Source: a virus (Duplodnaviria > Caudoviricetes). Taken from it: DNA of 52,410 bases. Below, piece by piece: positions 28,990-39,435 of this stretch. The stretch lies in IMG/VR virus record IMGVR_UViG_3300012953_000043, positions 1 to 52,410 of that record. One strand, 5' to 3'. The translations under genes and the position numbers were made by a program. Under the pieces are notes generated by a model. That model did no database searches and had not been told where the DNA came from. It was given only the letters and a program-made list of their open reading frames with translations. Every line of letters starts with the position of its first letter. Positions within the stretch are counted from its first letter, which is position 1.

Positions 28990-30438
28990 TTAAGCCGTAA
29001 ATAATACGAAGTTGTTAGCTGCTTGAACACACAAACATCTTTCTGATAAGTATTGAACTTGCATTGCATCTAAAGAAGATGTGTATGCTCCTCCAACAGA
29101 ACCAAGGATCCAAGATTTTAATCTTCTATCATCAGTTTGTGAAGCTCTATACCTAACGTGTAAGAAAGGACGTCTAATGTTTTGACCCATCATTTGATCA
29201 TAAACAGTTGATGTACCAGCAGGAACCATAACTCCTTTGATATTGTCAACCATTCCTCTAGTAGAAGCATCGTTTAGATATTTCCAATCAGTTTTGTAGA
29301 AGTCATAAGAACCTCTTCTAAACCCAGAAAATCCAAAGTTTAATGCCATTTCACTAGAATTGTCAAATAAACCATATGAAGCTGAAGCAACTGAAGAATA
29401 ACCTCCACCAGCTTGAGCGCCAATCATATCGTCAAAGTCAAGAGCAGTAGCTCTATCCAAGAAAAGCATGTTTTCTTCAATAGCACCTTGCTTATCTAAT
29501 TGTTGTAGGATTTGATCGAAATCACCTAATGCACCAGCTCCAGGAGCAGCAGCACCAGCGAAACCAGCATATACGTTACCTCTGTCTTCTAATGCAGCAA
29601 ACATACCTTGTGTACCACCACCAGAAAGACCAGCAGCAACTGACGCAGCGTTTGCAGCAACTTCACCTTCAACACATACCATTTCAAGATAATCTTCATA
29701 TCTCAATCTAGTTTCAGATTCAGCTTTAATATACCATAAGAAACCAGTAGCTCCGTCTTCAGTTGCAACTTCAACCCAACCAATTTGAGCAGTGTCAGAA
29801 CCATTAACTTCGTATTGATCTTTAATGATGATAGGCTTGTTATTGAATTGAGTCATTACTGGCTCAACTGCACCTAACATTCCGTCTGTCCCTTTTTGGA
29901 AGTCAGAACCATAAACAAATAGTCTAAGTCCTGCTACACCAGCAAGAGCGCCCCAACCACCACCAGCAGTTGTATAACAAACAGCGTTGAACTCATTCGC
30001 AGCTAAACCACCAGCAGCTCCATCATCAATTAAACTAACAATACCTTTTAATGTAACTCCACTAACTGGATCGTACACTACAATTGTATTATTAACTCTA
30101 ATTGCTAAAGGATCAGCTGTACTGTTTACTGTGAAAGTACCAGCGTTTTCTGAAACGTCTGTATAAGCAATGTGTAATCTATTTTGTTCAGACCAGATTA
30201 CTTGATCTGAGGTCATTGGCATTTCTGCTCCGACCATTCTAAGAAATCCAGAAATGGTTCTATTACCAAATCTTTCGACTTCTTGTTCGTATAATTCCGG
30301 CAAGTATTGTTGAGCAAAATCTGCAAAATCAGTTCCTGCACCGCCACCACCTACATCTGTCCATTGTAGGTAATTACTTGATAATACTTGTTGCTCCGGG
30401 TACGGTTGTAACCCCGCATGCATAGCTGTAAAACTCAT
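28990..30438 (-). CDS. Major capsid protein
   Basis: Follows portal and scaffold; QQYLPELYEQEVERFGNR, SDQVIWSEQNRLH, YLSERCLCVQAANNF; biased codon use; terminator downstream. Confidence 0.8.
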   Translation of the reverse strand: MSFTAMHAGLQPYPEQQVLSSNYLQWTDVGGGGAGTDFADFAQQYLPELYEQEVERFGNRTISGFLRMVGAEMPMTSDQVIWSEQNRLHIAYTDVSENAGTFTVNSTADPLAIRVNNTIVVYDPVSGVTLKGIVSLIDDGAAGGLAANEFNAVCYTTAGGGWGALAGVAGLRLFVYGSDFQKGTDGMLGAVEPVMTQFNNKPIIIKDQYEVNGSDTAQIGWVEVATEDGATGFLWYIKAESETRLRYEDYLEMVCVEGEVAANAASVAAGLSGGGTQGMFAALEDRGNVYAGFAGAAAPGAGALGDFDQILQQLDKQGAIEENMLFLDRATALDFDDMIGAQAGGGYSSVASASYGLFDNSSEMALNFGFSGFRRGSYDFYKTDWKYLNDASTRGMVDNIKGVMVPAGTSTVYDQMMGQNIRRPFLHVRYRASQTDDRRLKSWILGSVGGAYTSSLDAMQVQYLSERCLCVQAANNFVLFTA

Positions 30439-30449
30439 AATTTATTAAT

Positions 30450-31607
30450 TTACGTTTTTCGTTTAATTTTTAACTTAGAACTATCAACTCCGTTTACTGC
30501 TTTAATTTTCATTCCTTTAAACCTTATATCAGTGTCTCCACTTCTAGTTGGTCTTGAACCATCACTTATATTTTTAGACTTTTTATATTCAGAGCGAATC
30601 GCATCTGCTTTGCCTTGTTCATAAAAGTGATTAGCTAAGGAATCAGCATTTCTAGCCGCGTAAAGAGCTTTGTGATAGCCTGCCATGTCTACAATATCGC
30701 CTTTTTCATCTAAGAACCTCTTAACGAAATTTTCTATATCTGATTGTTTACTAGCAACATCTGAAGGGTTGTTGACTTTGTATCTAAATTTCTTTTCTCC
30801 TACACTGAAATCAAAACCTTTGAATTCATCAGAAAAATGTGTATTAGTACGGTCAACAAAATCCTCACGTCTCTTTTGAGCAGTTTCCTGTTCTTTGTTA
30901 TATCTGTTGAAAAAGTCCATGGCTTTTTGTTGATCTTGTGATATACCTGGTCTCATTTTGATCTCATCGTAATAATCACTTTTCATCTTGTCCAAATAGC
31001 CTTGAGCTTTCGCAACTTCTTCTTTAATCGCAAGCTTTCGCTTACGTATTTCTTTTTCACTATCCACATCTGAATTATAAGCGAATTTATCATCAATCAT
31101 GAATTCAACTTCGTCTTTATCTAAATGTGGTTTAGATTTTTTATAATATTCTCTTAATAAAGTTAAATCATCTGCTTTACTATAATCAGCATTTAACCTT
31201 ATATAATCTTCCATGTTACCTCCTGTATCTTGCATAAACTTAACAAGTTTTTCTACATTTTCAGGTAATTGTAATTCTGGTTTTTCTTTTAATTCTTTTT
31301 TAATATCTTTAACTACTTCCTCAGTAGTTGCATTAGAAGTTATTTCTTCTATTACTACTACTTCTGGTTCTTCCGTATTCTTGTCTTTGTGTGACACTTC
31401 CACTTGGGTATCTTTCCCGCTTTCTTCGCTGCTGTCTCCTGTGCTTTGCACGCTTTCAACTGTTTCCCCTTGTAAGGCATCTGTTTCTTCTTTCTTAGTT
31501 AAATCTACTTTAGCTACTTCGGTTTTCTTATTAGCTAGTTTTCTAGGTTTCTTTTTTACTTTGAGTGGTTCTACCTTAGTATCCACTGCTGGTTTTTCTT
31601 GTTCCAT
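30450..31607 (-). CDS. Putative capsid scaffolding protein
   Basis: Acidic disordered N-terminus, helical body; between portal and MCP. Confidence 0.6.
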   Translation of the reverse strand: MEQEKPAVDTKVEPLKVKKKPRKLANKKTEVAKVDLTKKEETDALQGETVESVQSTGDSSEESGKDTQVEVSHKDKNTEEPEVVVIEEITSNATTEEVVKDIKKELKEKPELQLPENVEKLVKFMQDTGGNMEDYIRLNADYSKADDLTLLREYYKKSKPHLDKDEVEFMIDDKFAYNSDVDSEKEIRKRKLAIKEEVAKAQGYLDKMKSDYYDEIKMRPGISQDQQKAMDFFNRYNKEQETAQKRREDFVDRTNTHFSDEFKGFDFSVGEKKFRYKVNNPSDVASKQSDIENFVKRFLDEKGDIVDMAGYHKALYAARNADSLANHFYEQGKADAIRSEYKKSKNISDGSRPTRSGDTDIRFKGMKIKAVNGVDSSKLKIKRKT

Positions 31608-31624
31608 GATATGATATTATATAA

Positions 31625-34084
31625 TTATTGTGGCGGCATCATTGGAGCGCCGGGCCCAGGCGGAGGAGTCATTCCCTCACCAGTATTTAATAAAGGTGGA
31701 TCTCCACCCATCTCAGATGGATCTCCTTGTGATTTTTCAAAGTTCATTGGTAATCCACCATTTTTTCTTTGAGCAATCATTTCACTTTGTTGTGTAGCTT
31801 GTAATTTAGTTCGTTTATCTTTTCTATCTTCAATCTCTGCTTCCTTTGTAGTAGCAGCACCTATTTCCATTTGCTTTAACTGTTTGTCAAATTCAAACTT
31901 CATAGTCATTAGTTCTTTATCTATTTGAGCTTTGGCTTGTAATTTTTGAATATCAAACTGTGACTTACCTTGTTCTATTTGTAGTTCACTCTGTGCTAAA
32001 GCTTGTTGTTTTTGCATTTCAGCAGTAGCAGCCGCTTGAACCTGTTTAGCATTCTTCTGTTCTTCCATAGCCATCATTTGTTTTTGTTTGGCCATATCCT
32101 CTTTAGCTTTCTTCTTTCTTAATAGCTTTAAATATTGATTAGCTAATTTTAAGTTGTTTATTTCTCTAATATCAATAGCATCTTCTAAGTTTATTGACTG
32201 CTGCTGTAAAGCCATTTGAATGTTTTGCTCAAGCATTGCTTTTTCTTCTTCATCAGGTTCTACTTGAAGATAAATGCCAAAATCATATAAATGTAGAGAT
32301 TGAATTTCTTCTAAAGTTTTAACATTATAAAGACTAATGCTATTTATCAAAGCTTCTTTTGTTAAATCAAATTCTAAACAGTCTGCAACTCTTAATGATA
32401 TATTTTCACAAGCTCTTAATGTTAAATACAAACTAGCATTTAATATATGTTTAGTAGCAGTGTTAGATGCAGCTGCTGCTAATTTCTGTAAACCTACTAA
32501 AGCTTCTTCATTTGGAGTACTACCATCACGCGCCTCGTTCAATCCGGTGACGTCTCTGATCATTTGAAGGTAGTATTGATATGTTTGTATGAGAGACTGT
32601 ATTTTAGCTTGTCCTGATGAGCTATTTAACTCCTGAATAGGTACTTTGCCATGGTTTAGATCACCATCTTGCGTCATAGACCTACCTACGATACTACCAG
32701 TCTGGAAATACATGTTTAATGCTTCTGCTGGATTATAATTAGTACCATTCCCTAAATCAACCTCTGCTAATCCATCTACATCTACAAAAACTCCATCTGG
32801 AACAGTCCTAGCTAATACTTGTTGAAGTTTTAATGAAGTCAATTGAATCATATCAGCAAATCCCATCATCCTTTCTACTAGAGATTCAATTCTACCTTTA
32901 TACATGTGTGGAGCACATAACTGGTAATTCATGTTTACTTTAGTAAGGTCGGAAAATGGTCTTGTCATATTTTCAGCAACTTTCCACTCTAACATTATTG
33001 GGTGACCTAATATTTTAGCTCCATGATATAATACTTCAATTGATCTAGAAACTCTATCATAATTATCGCTAGGTGGTGGATTAAAAAAGTCATGCTTTTG
33101 TATTGCTTTTTCTAAACCACTATCAGTACGTTTTATTTTAAATACTTGATCACCATAAGTTTTATATTCAAAGTATAATACTTGAACAGTGTTATTGTCG
33201 TCTTTTCCTGACCAGTTTCTAGTATAGTTTCTTGTTCCAGGGTATTTTTGAATTTCTTGTAATTCTTGAGAAGTTATATCCGGAAATTGTTTCTTTAATT
33301 CTGGTAAAGATATATTTTTAACTTCTCCTACATAATATATATCTTCAAAGTTGGGATCTTCAGTATATGACCAAACCATATTTGCTGGATCACAATATTC
33401 TACCACTATTCCATTAGATCTATTATAATTAGTTTTTACTGCACCTATTCCTAAAACTACTAAATCTCTATTAAATCTATTCTTTGTTAAATTATATTTA
33501 TTTCTTTCTAATACGTTATCAATTAGTTCTTCTTCTGCAATTTCTATAGATTGCTTATAATCTAATTGCATATGAATTTCTAACTCTTGTTCATCTTGAG
33601 GAACATTTTCCATTCCTCTAGTTTCACTTATATCTACACCAAGAGACTTTTCTACAGCTTTAGTAAACTCTCTTGTTGCAATATCTTTTGCAATTTTTTC
33701 TGCATACTTAGTTCTAGTTTGTCTTGACGCTGGGTCTTGAGCAAAAGCTTTTATTTCGTAGTTTTTGTTACTCATCCCATTAACTACTATATCAACAAAT
33801 TTAGGAATAACCGGAACTGGTTTCCAATCTAAATTTAGATAAGATAAATCTCCGTTTATAGAAAGTTCATCTTTATATTTTTGTACTGATTGTTCTCCTC
33901 GAGAATACAGTCTTCTTTGGTGAAAAATATTATAGTTAAAAGAATATCTTTCTCCTCCTAATCCTTGACTGAACCATTCACTTTCTATTGCTCGTCCTAC
34001 TAACAATCCATATTCTAAACTCATTTTCTCTGCCTCAGGTACTACCTGATCAGGAAATGAACTTCTAGTATTCGTATAAATCAT
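31625..34084 (-). CDS. Portal protein
   Basis: Directly after terminase; PVPVIPKFVDIVVNG, IRDVTGLNEARDG, C-terminal Gln/Lys coiled-coil barrel. Confidence 0.8.
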   Translation of the reverse strand: MIYTNTRSSFPDQVVPEAEKMSLEYGLLVGRAIESEWFSQGLGGERYSFNYNIFHQRRLYSRGEQSVQKYKDELSINGDLSYLNLDWKPVPVIPKFVDIVVNGMSNKNYEIKAFAQDPASRQTRTKYAEKIAKDIATREFTKAVEKSLGVDISETRGMENVPQDEQELEIHMQLDYKQSIEIAEEELIDNVLERNKYNLTKNRFNRDLVVLGIGAVKTNYNRSNGIVVEYCDPANMVWSYTEDPNFEDIYYVGEVKNISLPELKKQFPDITSQELQEIQKYPGTRNYTRNWSGKDDNNTVQVLYFEYKTYGDQVFKIKRTDSGLEKAIQKHDFFNPPPSDNYDRVSRSIEVLYHGAKILGHPIMLEWKVAENMTRPFSDLTKVNMNYQLCAPHMYKGRIESLVERMMGFADMIQLTSLKLQQVLARTVPDGVFVDVDGLAEVDLGNGTNYNPAEALNMYFQTGSIVGRSMTQDGDLNHGKVPIQELNSSSGQAKIQSLIQTYQYYLQMIRDVTGLNEARDGSTPNEEALVGLQKLAAAASNTATKHILNASLYLTLRACENISLRVADCLEFDLTKEALINSISLYNVKTLEEIQSLHLYDFGIYLQVEPDEEEKAMLEQNIQMALQQQSINLEDAIDIREINNLKLANQYLKLLRKKKAKEDMAKQKQMMAMEEQKNAKQVQAAATAEMQKQQALAQSELQIEQGKSQFDIQKLQAKAQIDKELMTMKFEFDKQLKQMEIGAATTKEAEIEDRKDKRTKLQATQQSEMIAQRKNGGLPMNFEKSQGDPSEMGGDPPLLNTGEGMTPPPGPGAPMMPPQ

Positions 34085-36309
34085 TTATTAATTATTTTTG
34101 AAAGAATTCCATCATTGTCGTATCTCTTTATTCCTAAGTTTACTTCTCTAACTGTTCTAGCAGCTAGTGGTTTATACTTGTTTTTATTACAAGCCATTAT
34201 AGCTAACCCAGAACTAATAGAAGCATCATGCTTGGTTCTATTGTTTATATTAAATTTTGCCCAATCTTCTAGAGTTTCTTGAAAATACATATCACCATAT
34301 GCATCATTTTTAAAACCTACGTAATTGTCAATATAAGATTCAATTGCGGCGGCGTGTGCTTGTATCACATCTTGACTTGAATTTGGAATGCCACCAATTT
34401 CTTTCTCGGTTATAGAAAGTTTATTCCATATTTTATCTGGTCTATTCATAGAGAACATTCTATATCCTCTTCGCTTTAAATAATAAAGTAATCTTGGTTT
34501 GTTATTTTCTGCCAATATTGGCATTCCGTAAAACACCAACGCCATTAATACATCTTCAAAAAATGTTTCAGCAGTTGGAGGTCTAGAAATGTATTGCAAA
34601 AAAAACTTATTAGAAGGAGCATCTTCCATGCTAAATTTAGTTAGACCATGTAAAGAACCTTTTGATCCTCTACCATCAACTGTTCCACTAATATCGTAAC
34701 TATCACACCCAAATCCTCCCAGATGATCATTGCCAGGATATTTTAATCCATTTTTTATAATCACTTGATTTTGTAAAGATCTAGGTGGCACCCAGCTAAT
34801 TTTAAACCTACCTGTCGGAGAAGGCATGAATTCTACTTGAGTATCTCTTACTCCATTTTGCCATTGAAAACTTCCAGTAGTAACTTCCGCGACATTATTT
34901 AGTTCTTCATTATAATCAATTTGCTCGTATATTTTAACCAAATTAAATAAAGATTCCTTAGTCTCATCTCTAAACGCGTGTTTCTCTGTACGAGGAAATT
35001 GTCTATAATATTCGTTAAGTCCGTCTTGATCTTGTTTTAATCCTTCAACTTCATTCTCCCAATGTTCAATTACCCCTATTCTTATTAAAGTACCATCAAT
35101 ACCTTTAATAGGGTTTTTAGGAGTATCAAATACGGGATATCCATATTTATCTATAAAACCTTCATAATTCCATTCCATAGGAATAAAAAGGGAATATAAA
35201 CCTTCTTTAGTTTGACCGTTTTTATTTCTATTTAAAACATTAGAACCAGTGTATATATCTTTAAAGTTTTGTCCTCCTTTGTCCAAAGCATTAGATGTTG
35301 AACCCATCATACACTTACCTACAATCCTACTACCTAATCTTAAACAGGTTTTTGTTACTTTCCAGTTGTTTTTAATATTGTCAGGTTTCTCCCACTTACC
35401 GCTTTCATCATGCGCTAATAGTTTTAACTTTTCACCATCATAGCTATTGTCTCCAGTATTCTTCCAATCTATTGTTGTATCTAATCCTTCTAGTTCTCTA
35501 AGTTCTTCATTAATCTCCAACTTTCTACGTGTAAGTTTAGATGCCGGAACCCTATATGCCAGTTCGGTTTTAGGGCGATCCATACCATCTTGGATTGGTT
35601 TGAAGAAAAACGGATAGTTAATCGAGATTGGTACAACTTTATCTGTGAACATTTTTTTAGCATCTGCACCAGTTTTAGATAAAATCCCGTATCTACTGTC
35701 GGATGATATGGTTGCTTCATTAACGAGTTCAGCTGATGACATAAACGAAAATCCCGATCTTCTATTTTTAAGATAGCACATTCCATAGGATCTAGTATCG
35801 GCTTTACAGGCTTCCCAAAAGATGAAGAATAATCTGTTTGATTCCCTATAGTCGGGAGCTCCAACATCAATTTTTGACCATTGCAAGTACATGTAATGAG
35901 TACCAGTAATATAAGTAGGTTTACCATTGTTATAAAACCAGTGTCCTTCATCTCTTCTTTTAAATTCTTCATCTATATAATCCCACCATTCTTCACGGAA
36001 ATCTTGAGGATATTTTTCCCAATCAAAACGGTTTTTAATTCGTTTTAATTCTTTAGGATATTCTTGTTTTTCCCAGTACTGTTCCTCTTTATTTTCGCTT
36101 CGTTTAAAACATTCATCTTCTGCTGGTAGTGCAATACGCAGGTTTTGAATTTCAATGATCTCTCCAATTTGTCCAGTTTTACTTATTACTATGAAATCAT
36201 AGTCTGAATTATAGCCATACTCCCACTTCTTTAAACGGTTGTTTGTTTTTAAAAGCTTTGGATTAACTACATCATTTACAATTTTAGATAATGTAGGTAC
36301 ATAAGTCAT
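34081..36309 (-). CDS. Terminase large subunit
   Basis: Walker A-like LKNRRSGFS, Walker B LLAHDESGK, GSTSN, nuclease GCDSYD, ENNK, HDASIS. Confidence 0.88.
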   Translation of the reverse strand: MTYVPTLSKIVNDVVNPKLLKTNNRLKKWEYGYNSDYDFIVISKTGQIGEIIEIQNLRIALPAEDECFKRSENKEEQYWEKQEYPKELKRIKNRFDWEKYPQDFREEWWDYIDEEFKRRDEGHWFYNNGKPTYITGTHYMYLQWSKIDVGAPDYRESNRLFFIFWEACKADTRSYGMCYLKNRRSGFSFMSSAELVNEATISSDSRYGILSKTGADAKKMFTDKVVPISINYPFFFKPIQDGMDRPKTELAYRVPASKLTRRKLEINEELRELEGLDTTIDWKNTGDNSYDGEKLKLLAHDESGKWEKPDNIKNNWKVTKTCLRLGSRIVGKCMMGSTSNALDKGGQNFKDIYTGSNVLNRNKNGQTKEGLYSLFIPMEWNYEGFIDKYGYPVFDTPKNPIKGIDGTLIRIGVIEHWENEVEGLKQDQDGLNEYYRQFPRTEKHAFRDETKESLFNLVKIYEQIDYNEELNNVAEVTTGSFQWQNGVRDTQVEFMPSPTGRFKISWVPPRSLQNQVIIKNGLKYPGNDHLGGFGCDSYDISGTVDGRGSKGSLHGLTKFSMEDAPSNKFFLQYISRPPTAETFFEDVLMALVFYGMPILAENNKPRLLYYLKRRGYRMFSMNRPDKIWNKLSITEKEIGGIPNSSQDVIQAHAAAIESYIDNYVGFKNDAYGDMYFQETLEDWAKFNINNRTKHDASISSGLAIMACNKNKYKPLAARTVREVNLGIKRYDNDGILSKIINK

Positions 36310-36590
36310 GTCTTACTTCTCCCTTCTGCAAAACCCTTAAAACCTCTAGGTGTTTTAGTAACCTCTTCTACAGGTTTTTCTTTTAATAGTTCTTCTTCTT
36401 CTTCGATTCTTTGTAGAATTTCAAAAGCGTCGAAAATAGCTAGTTTCTTAGTGGCAGCTGCGTTCTTTAGTCGGTCCGCAGACACATCCTCCCCCGTATC
36501 CACAATCTCCTCTTTCGCTACTTTTATTAATTCCTTCACTGCTTCGTGCCCAGCTTGGATTATAAACCTCTTCGTTTCTTTCGTGTTCAT
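36306..36590 (-). CDS. Putative terminase small subunit
   Basis: Helical ~94-aa ORF immediately upstream of and overlapping terL (ATG at 36590). Confidence 0.4.
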   Translation of the reverse strand: MNTKETKRFIIQAGHEAVKELIKVAKEEIVDTGEDVSADRLKNAAATKKLAIFDAFEILQRIEEEEELLKEKPVEEVTKTPRGFKGFAEGRSKT

Positions 36591-37140
36591 ATTTAACAAC
36601 TATATCATTTAATTTCATACAATACAATAATTGGTTATTTATAGTAAATTCAAATTCTCTATCTTTTTTGAAAGATATTAAATCTCCTACCTCTAAATTA
36701 TATTCTTTTAACTTGGGATTACCATAAACAATTACTCCTTTTTGAATACTAGTTTTTCCTGTAGTAAATTTATCATTACTTTTAGTTGGAGCAATAAAAC
36801 ATCTATCTAAAAAACTTATCCATTCATTATTTTTGTTATATAAATATAATTGATCAATGGCACAAAAGTACAAGTTTTCCTTAAAATAAGAACGACTATT
36901 AACTTCTTCCCCTCTAATGTTATGAAATCTTCTAAATATATTATGATGAACTACAACTATATCTCCTTTCTCAATATCAGTGGTATAAGCTAGAGGAGTT
37001 GATATCACTCTAGCTAGTTTATTAACACTTTTAAAATTAGAAATATTAGTATTTAAAATTAACTCTGAATCAGAAATTTTTTTAGTATTATTATATCTCT
37101 CTCCTAAAGGTTCTATTACAAAATCATATATGCTTCTCAT
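36448..37140 (-). CDS. Tandem GroES-like (co-chaperonin fold) protein
   Basis: Two GroES-like units: DFVIEP...ARVISTP...IEKGDIVVV and DRCFIAP...KGVIVYGN...LEVGDLISF...LYCMKLNDI. Confidence 0.5.
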   Translation of the reverse strand: MRSIYDFVIEPLGERYNNTKKISDSELILNTNISNFKSVNKLARVISTPLAYTTDIEKGDIVVVHHNIFRRFHNIRGEEVNSRSYFKENLYFCAIDQLYLYNKNNEWISFLDRCFIAPTKSNDKFTTGKTSIQKGVIVYGNPKLKEYNLEVGDLISFKKDREFEFTINNQLLYCMKLNDIVVKYEHERNEEVYNPSWARSSEGINKSSERGDCGYGGGCVCGPTKERSCH

Positions 37141-37364
37141 GAAAAAGCTAAGTCAAATTCAATAGCTATAGCCATATTAGAATTAAACTTTTTCCAAGGA
37201 AGAATTTCATCATTTTTCTTGATATATATCATATATTCCCCTTGTTCTGGTTCTAGTATATCGGATATAATATGACCACCATAAACTTCTTGCCCTACAG
37301 AATAATGCATAGCTTCATTTTTATAATCAGAACCTATACTTATTTTTCTAATTTTATTAGACAT
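37137..37364 (-). CDS. Hypothetical protein
   Basis: ORF track; overlapping operon context. Confidence 0.65.
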   Translation of the reverse strand: MSNKIRKISIGSDYKNEAMHYSVGQEVYGGHIISDILEPEQGEYMIYIKKNDEILPWKKFNSNMAIAIEFDLAFS

Positions 37365-37623
37365 CTTTTACTGCTTCTAATTTAGGTTTTTCACTATCAC
37401 TTTCTGCAATTACAGTGTATTCACCAGTGTTTAGATCAATATTCACAGAACCATATTCTTCTTCTAGTTCTTTTTTAAACATATCTACCGACTGGTTAAT
37501 ACTAACCATTTCGTGAAGATACCCGTGTTTTTGAGTTTCTAAATATCCTATTTTACTTAAAAGAGCTGCAATAGCTTCTTGCTGTTCGTTTATTTTTTTT
37601 AATTGTTCTTCTTTAATTTTCAT
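37357..37623 (-). CDS. Hypothetical coiled-coil protein
   Basis: ORF track; LEEEYGSVNIDLNTGEY. Confidence 0.65.
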   Translation of the reverse strand: MKIKEEQLKKINEQQEAIAALLSKIGYLETQKHGYLHEMVSINQSVDMFKKELEEEYGSVNIDLNTGEYTVIAESDSEKPKLEAVKDV

Positions 37624-37657
37624 TTTATAAAATTTAATTATTGTTGTTGTTTTTTTA

Positions 37658-39253
37658 TTAATTTATGTAATAAAATTCTCTTGTATCGTTCCAGTTGCCA
37701 TTAACTTGAGAAGCACTTATTTGGCCGTTGTAAAAAGCTGCTAAACCTAAATTGCCTTCGAATTCATATATAGTACCACCACCACCATTTGCTCCTCCAT
37801 ATATAATAGTGCTCATACCACCATCAGCTAAATAGGATAAACCAGTAGACGCTATATATAATCCATCAGGTGTTAAGGTAATAGGGTTGCCATCTTCACC
37901 AGTAATGGTTCCACTTCCACCTTGATTAGTACTTGCATTAAAAGTTGATTGAGTTCCTATGTAGCAAAGAACTAAGTTAGCTCCTAATAGTACATCTATG
38001 TGACAAAATACCCATTCATCTTGTAAATTATTGCCTGAGGTAAATTTTGGAAAATTTCCCTGAATACCATCAAATGTAATTCCACTTTCAGAAATACATA
38101 ATTCACGTTGATACATATAAAAACCTTCGTCATCATTTGTGTTAGGATCTGCTATACCTTCATAACTAGTTGTTGAAGTGCCTGATGTTGCTCTAAAATA
38201 AAAAGTTAAACCCCAATCATCTATACTAGCTCCACCTCCTGGGGTAGCTACTGTTGATTCCCAAGCGGCATCTCCTATAAAGTCCCAATAAGGAGCTTCT
38301 TGAGCCACTTCATCTCTAGCACTATATGTCATTCCAGCTGCACCTACACCACTTCCCGTTCGAGTAAGATTTCCAATTAATCCAGGACCTGGACTAGGAA
38401 GCGAAATGTCCCAAGTTGTTCCTAAAGGAACTCCCGCTCCATCAGCAAGAGCAGTAGAACCAGGAAACCAAAAACCTAAAAGATTAGTTCCACCTACAGT
38501 TGGTTCCGTAGGATCTGGACTTTGATTTATAGGATCTATATAGTTTATATCATAAAACCAATAAAAATCTGTACCATCATAAAAATAATGTAATATAGTA
38601 GGATTTACACCAGATATTTGTAAAACATTTTGACTACTTGGTAATTTACTATTAGCAAACAAGCCAAACTTAATAGTGTTAGTTGGTAGAACTTTTAATG
38701 AACCCCTTGCTCCATTTGGAAAGTTGCTAGGTATTAGAACATCTATAGGACCTGTTCCATTATCAGCAGGAGTAAATATAGCACTATTACCGTTATTATA
38801 ATCCCAAGTTAATGTACTTAGTGTTTGAACGCTATCACCGCCGCCGCTAGCAGTGTCCCATTTAAGTCCACTTGCTTCAGTGGAATCAGCAGTTAATACT
38901 TGTCCATCTGTTCCTACTGGTAAAGCTGTAGGATCAATAGCTCCATCACCAACAACAAGAGATCCTTTAGCTGTTAAGTCTAAAGTTGAAATTGCATTAG
39001 CTCCACTACCTAATAATAAGTGCCCATCTGCTAATGTTCCTACTCCTGTGCCTCCTCTAGTAACAGGTAAGATGCCTGTAGTAAAATTAGCTAAATCTAA
39101 ATTTGCTTCTAAGCTAGTAACTATTTGACTACCACTCATAGCAGCATTTCCTGTGCCTGATGCTGTTGCATAAGCAGCAAAACCGTCTATATCAGTTATA
39201 TCTGTTATTGTAGTTACAAATACACTACCATCGCTTATTTTTGCGTTTGCCAT
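37658..39253 (-). CDS. Tail fibre/receptor-binding protein with a possible LamG-like C-terminal domain
   Basis: TGILPVTRGGTG and KGSLVVGDG...LPVGTDGQVLTADS fibre repeats; C-terminal FEGNLGLAAFYN...SQVNGNW. Confidence 0.6.
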   Translation of the reverse strand: MANAKISDGSVFVTTITDITDIDGFAAYATASGTGNAAMSGSQIVTSLEANLDLANFTTGILPVTRGGTGVGTLADGHLLLGSGANAISTLDLTAKGSLVVGDGAIDPTALPVGTDGQVLTADSTEASGLKWDTASGGGDSVQTLSTLTWDYNNGNSAIFTPADNGTGPIDVLIPSNFPNGARGSLKVLPTNTIKFGLFANSKLPSSQNVLQISGVNPTILHYFYDGTDFYWFYDINYIDPINQSPDPTEPTVGGTNLLGFWFPGSTALADGAGVPLGTTWDISLPSPGPGLIGNLTRTGSGVGAAGMTYSARDEVAQEAPYWDFIGDAAWESTVATPGGGASIDDWGLTFYFRATSGTSTTSYEGIADPNTNDDEGFYMYQRELCISESGITFDGIQGNFPKFTSGNNLQDEWVFCHIDVLLGANLVLCYIGTQSTFNASTNQGGSGTITGEDGNPITLTPDGLYIASTGLSYLADGGMSTIIYGGANGGGGTIYEFEGNLGLAAFYNGQISASQVNGNWNDTREFYYIN

Positions 39254-39264
39254 GTTTTAATTTT

Positions 39265-39435
39265 TTATTGTTCTAATTGGACTGTGTTAGTAATAGCTGA
39301 TTCTAGCGCCATTAAAAAAAGAGTTGCTTGTAATTCTACAAAACCACCACTTGGTGGAACAGGTCCACTTCCAGGGTTGCCTTGGCCAGGTAGATTAGAT
39401 ATTGCAGGTATTGTATTTTTATTACCTATCTTCAT
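39265..39435 (-). CDS. Small hypothetical protein (56 aa)
   Basis: Hand translation MKIGNKNTIPAISNLPGQGNPGSGPVPPSGG...VQLEQ*; TGATG coupling with the upstream ORF. Confidence 0.6.
   Translation of the reverse strand: MKIGNKNTIPAISNLPGQGNPGSGPVPPSGGFVELQATLFLMALESAITNTVQLEQ

Noticed and set aside
35490-35972. 160-aa alternate-frame ORF inside terL with a signal-like segment and Cys residues (nested spanin?)
   Set aside because: Lies within the conserved ATPase region, far from the lysis genes, with no convincing lipobox; most likely incidental
36448-36545. Cys-rich C-terminal extension of the GroES-like ORF as a functional motif
   Set aside because: It is the alternate-frame reading of the overlapping downstream gene and likely reflects stop-codon drift
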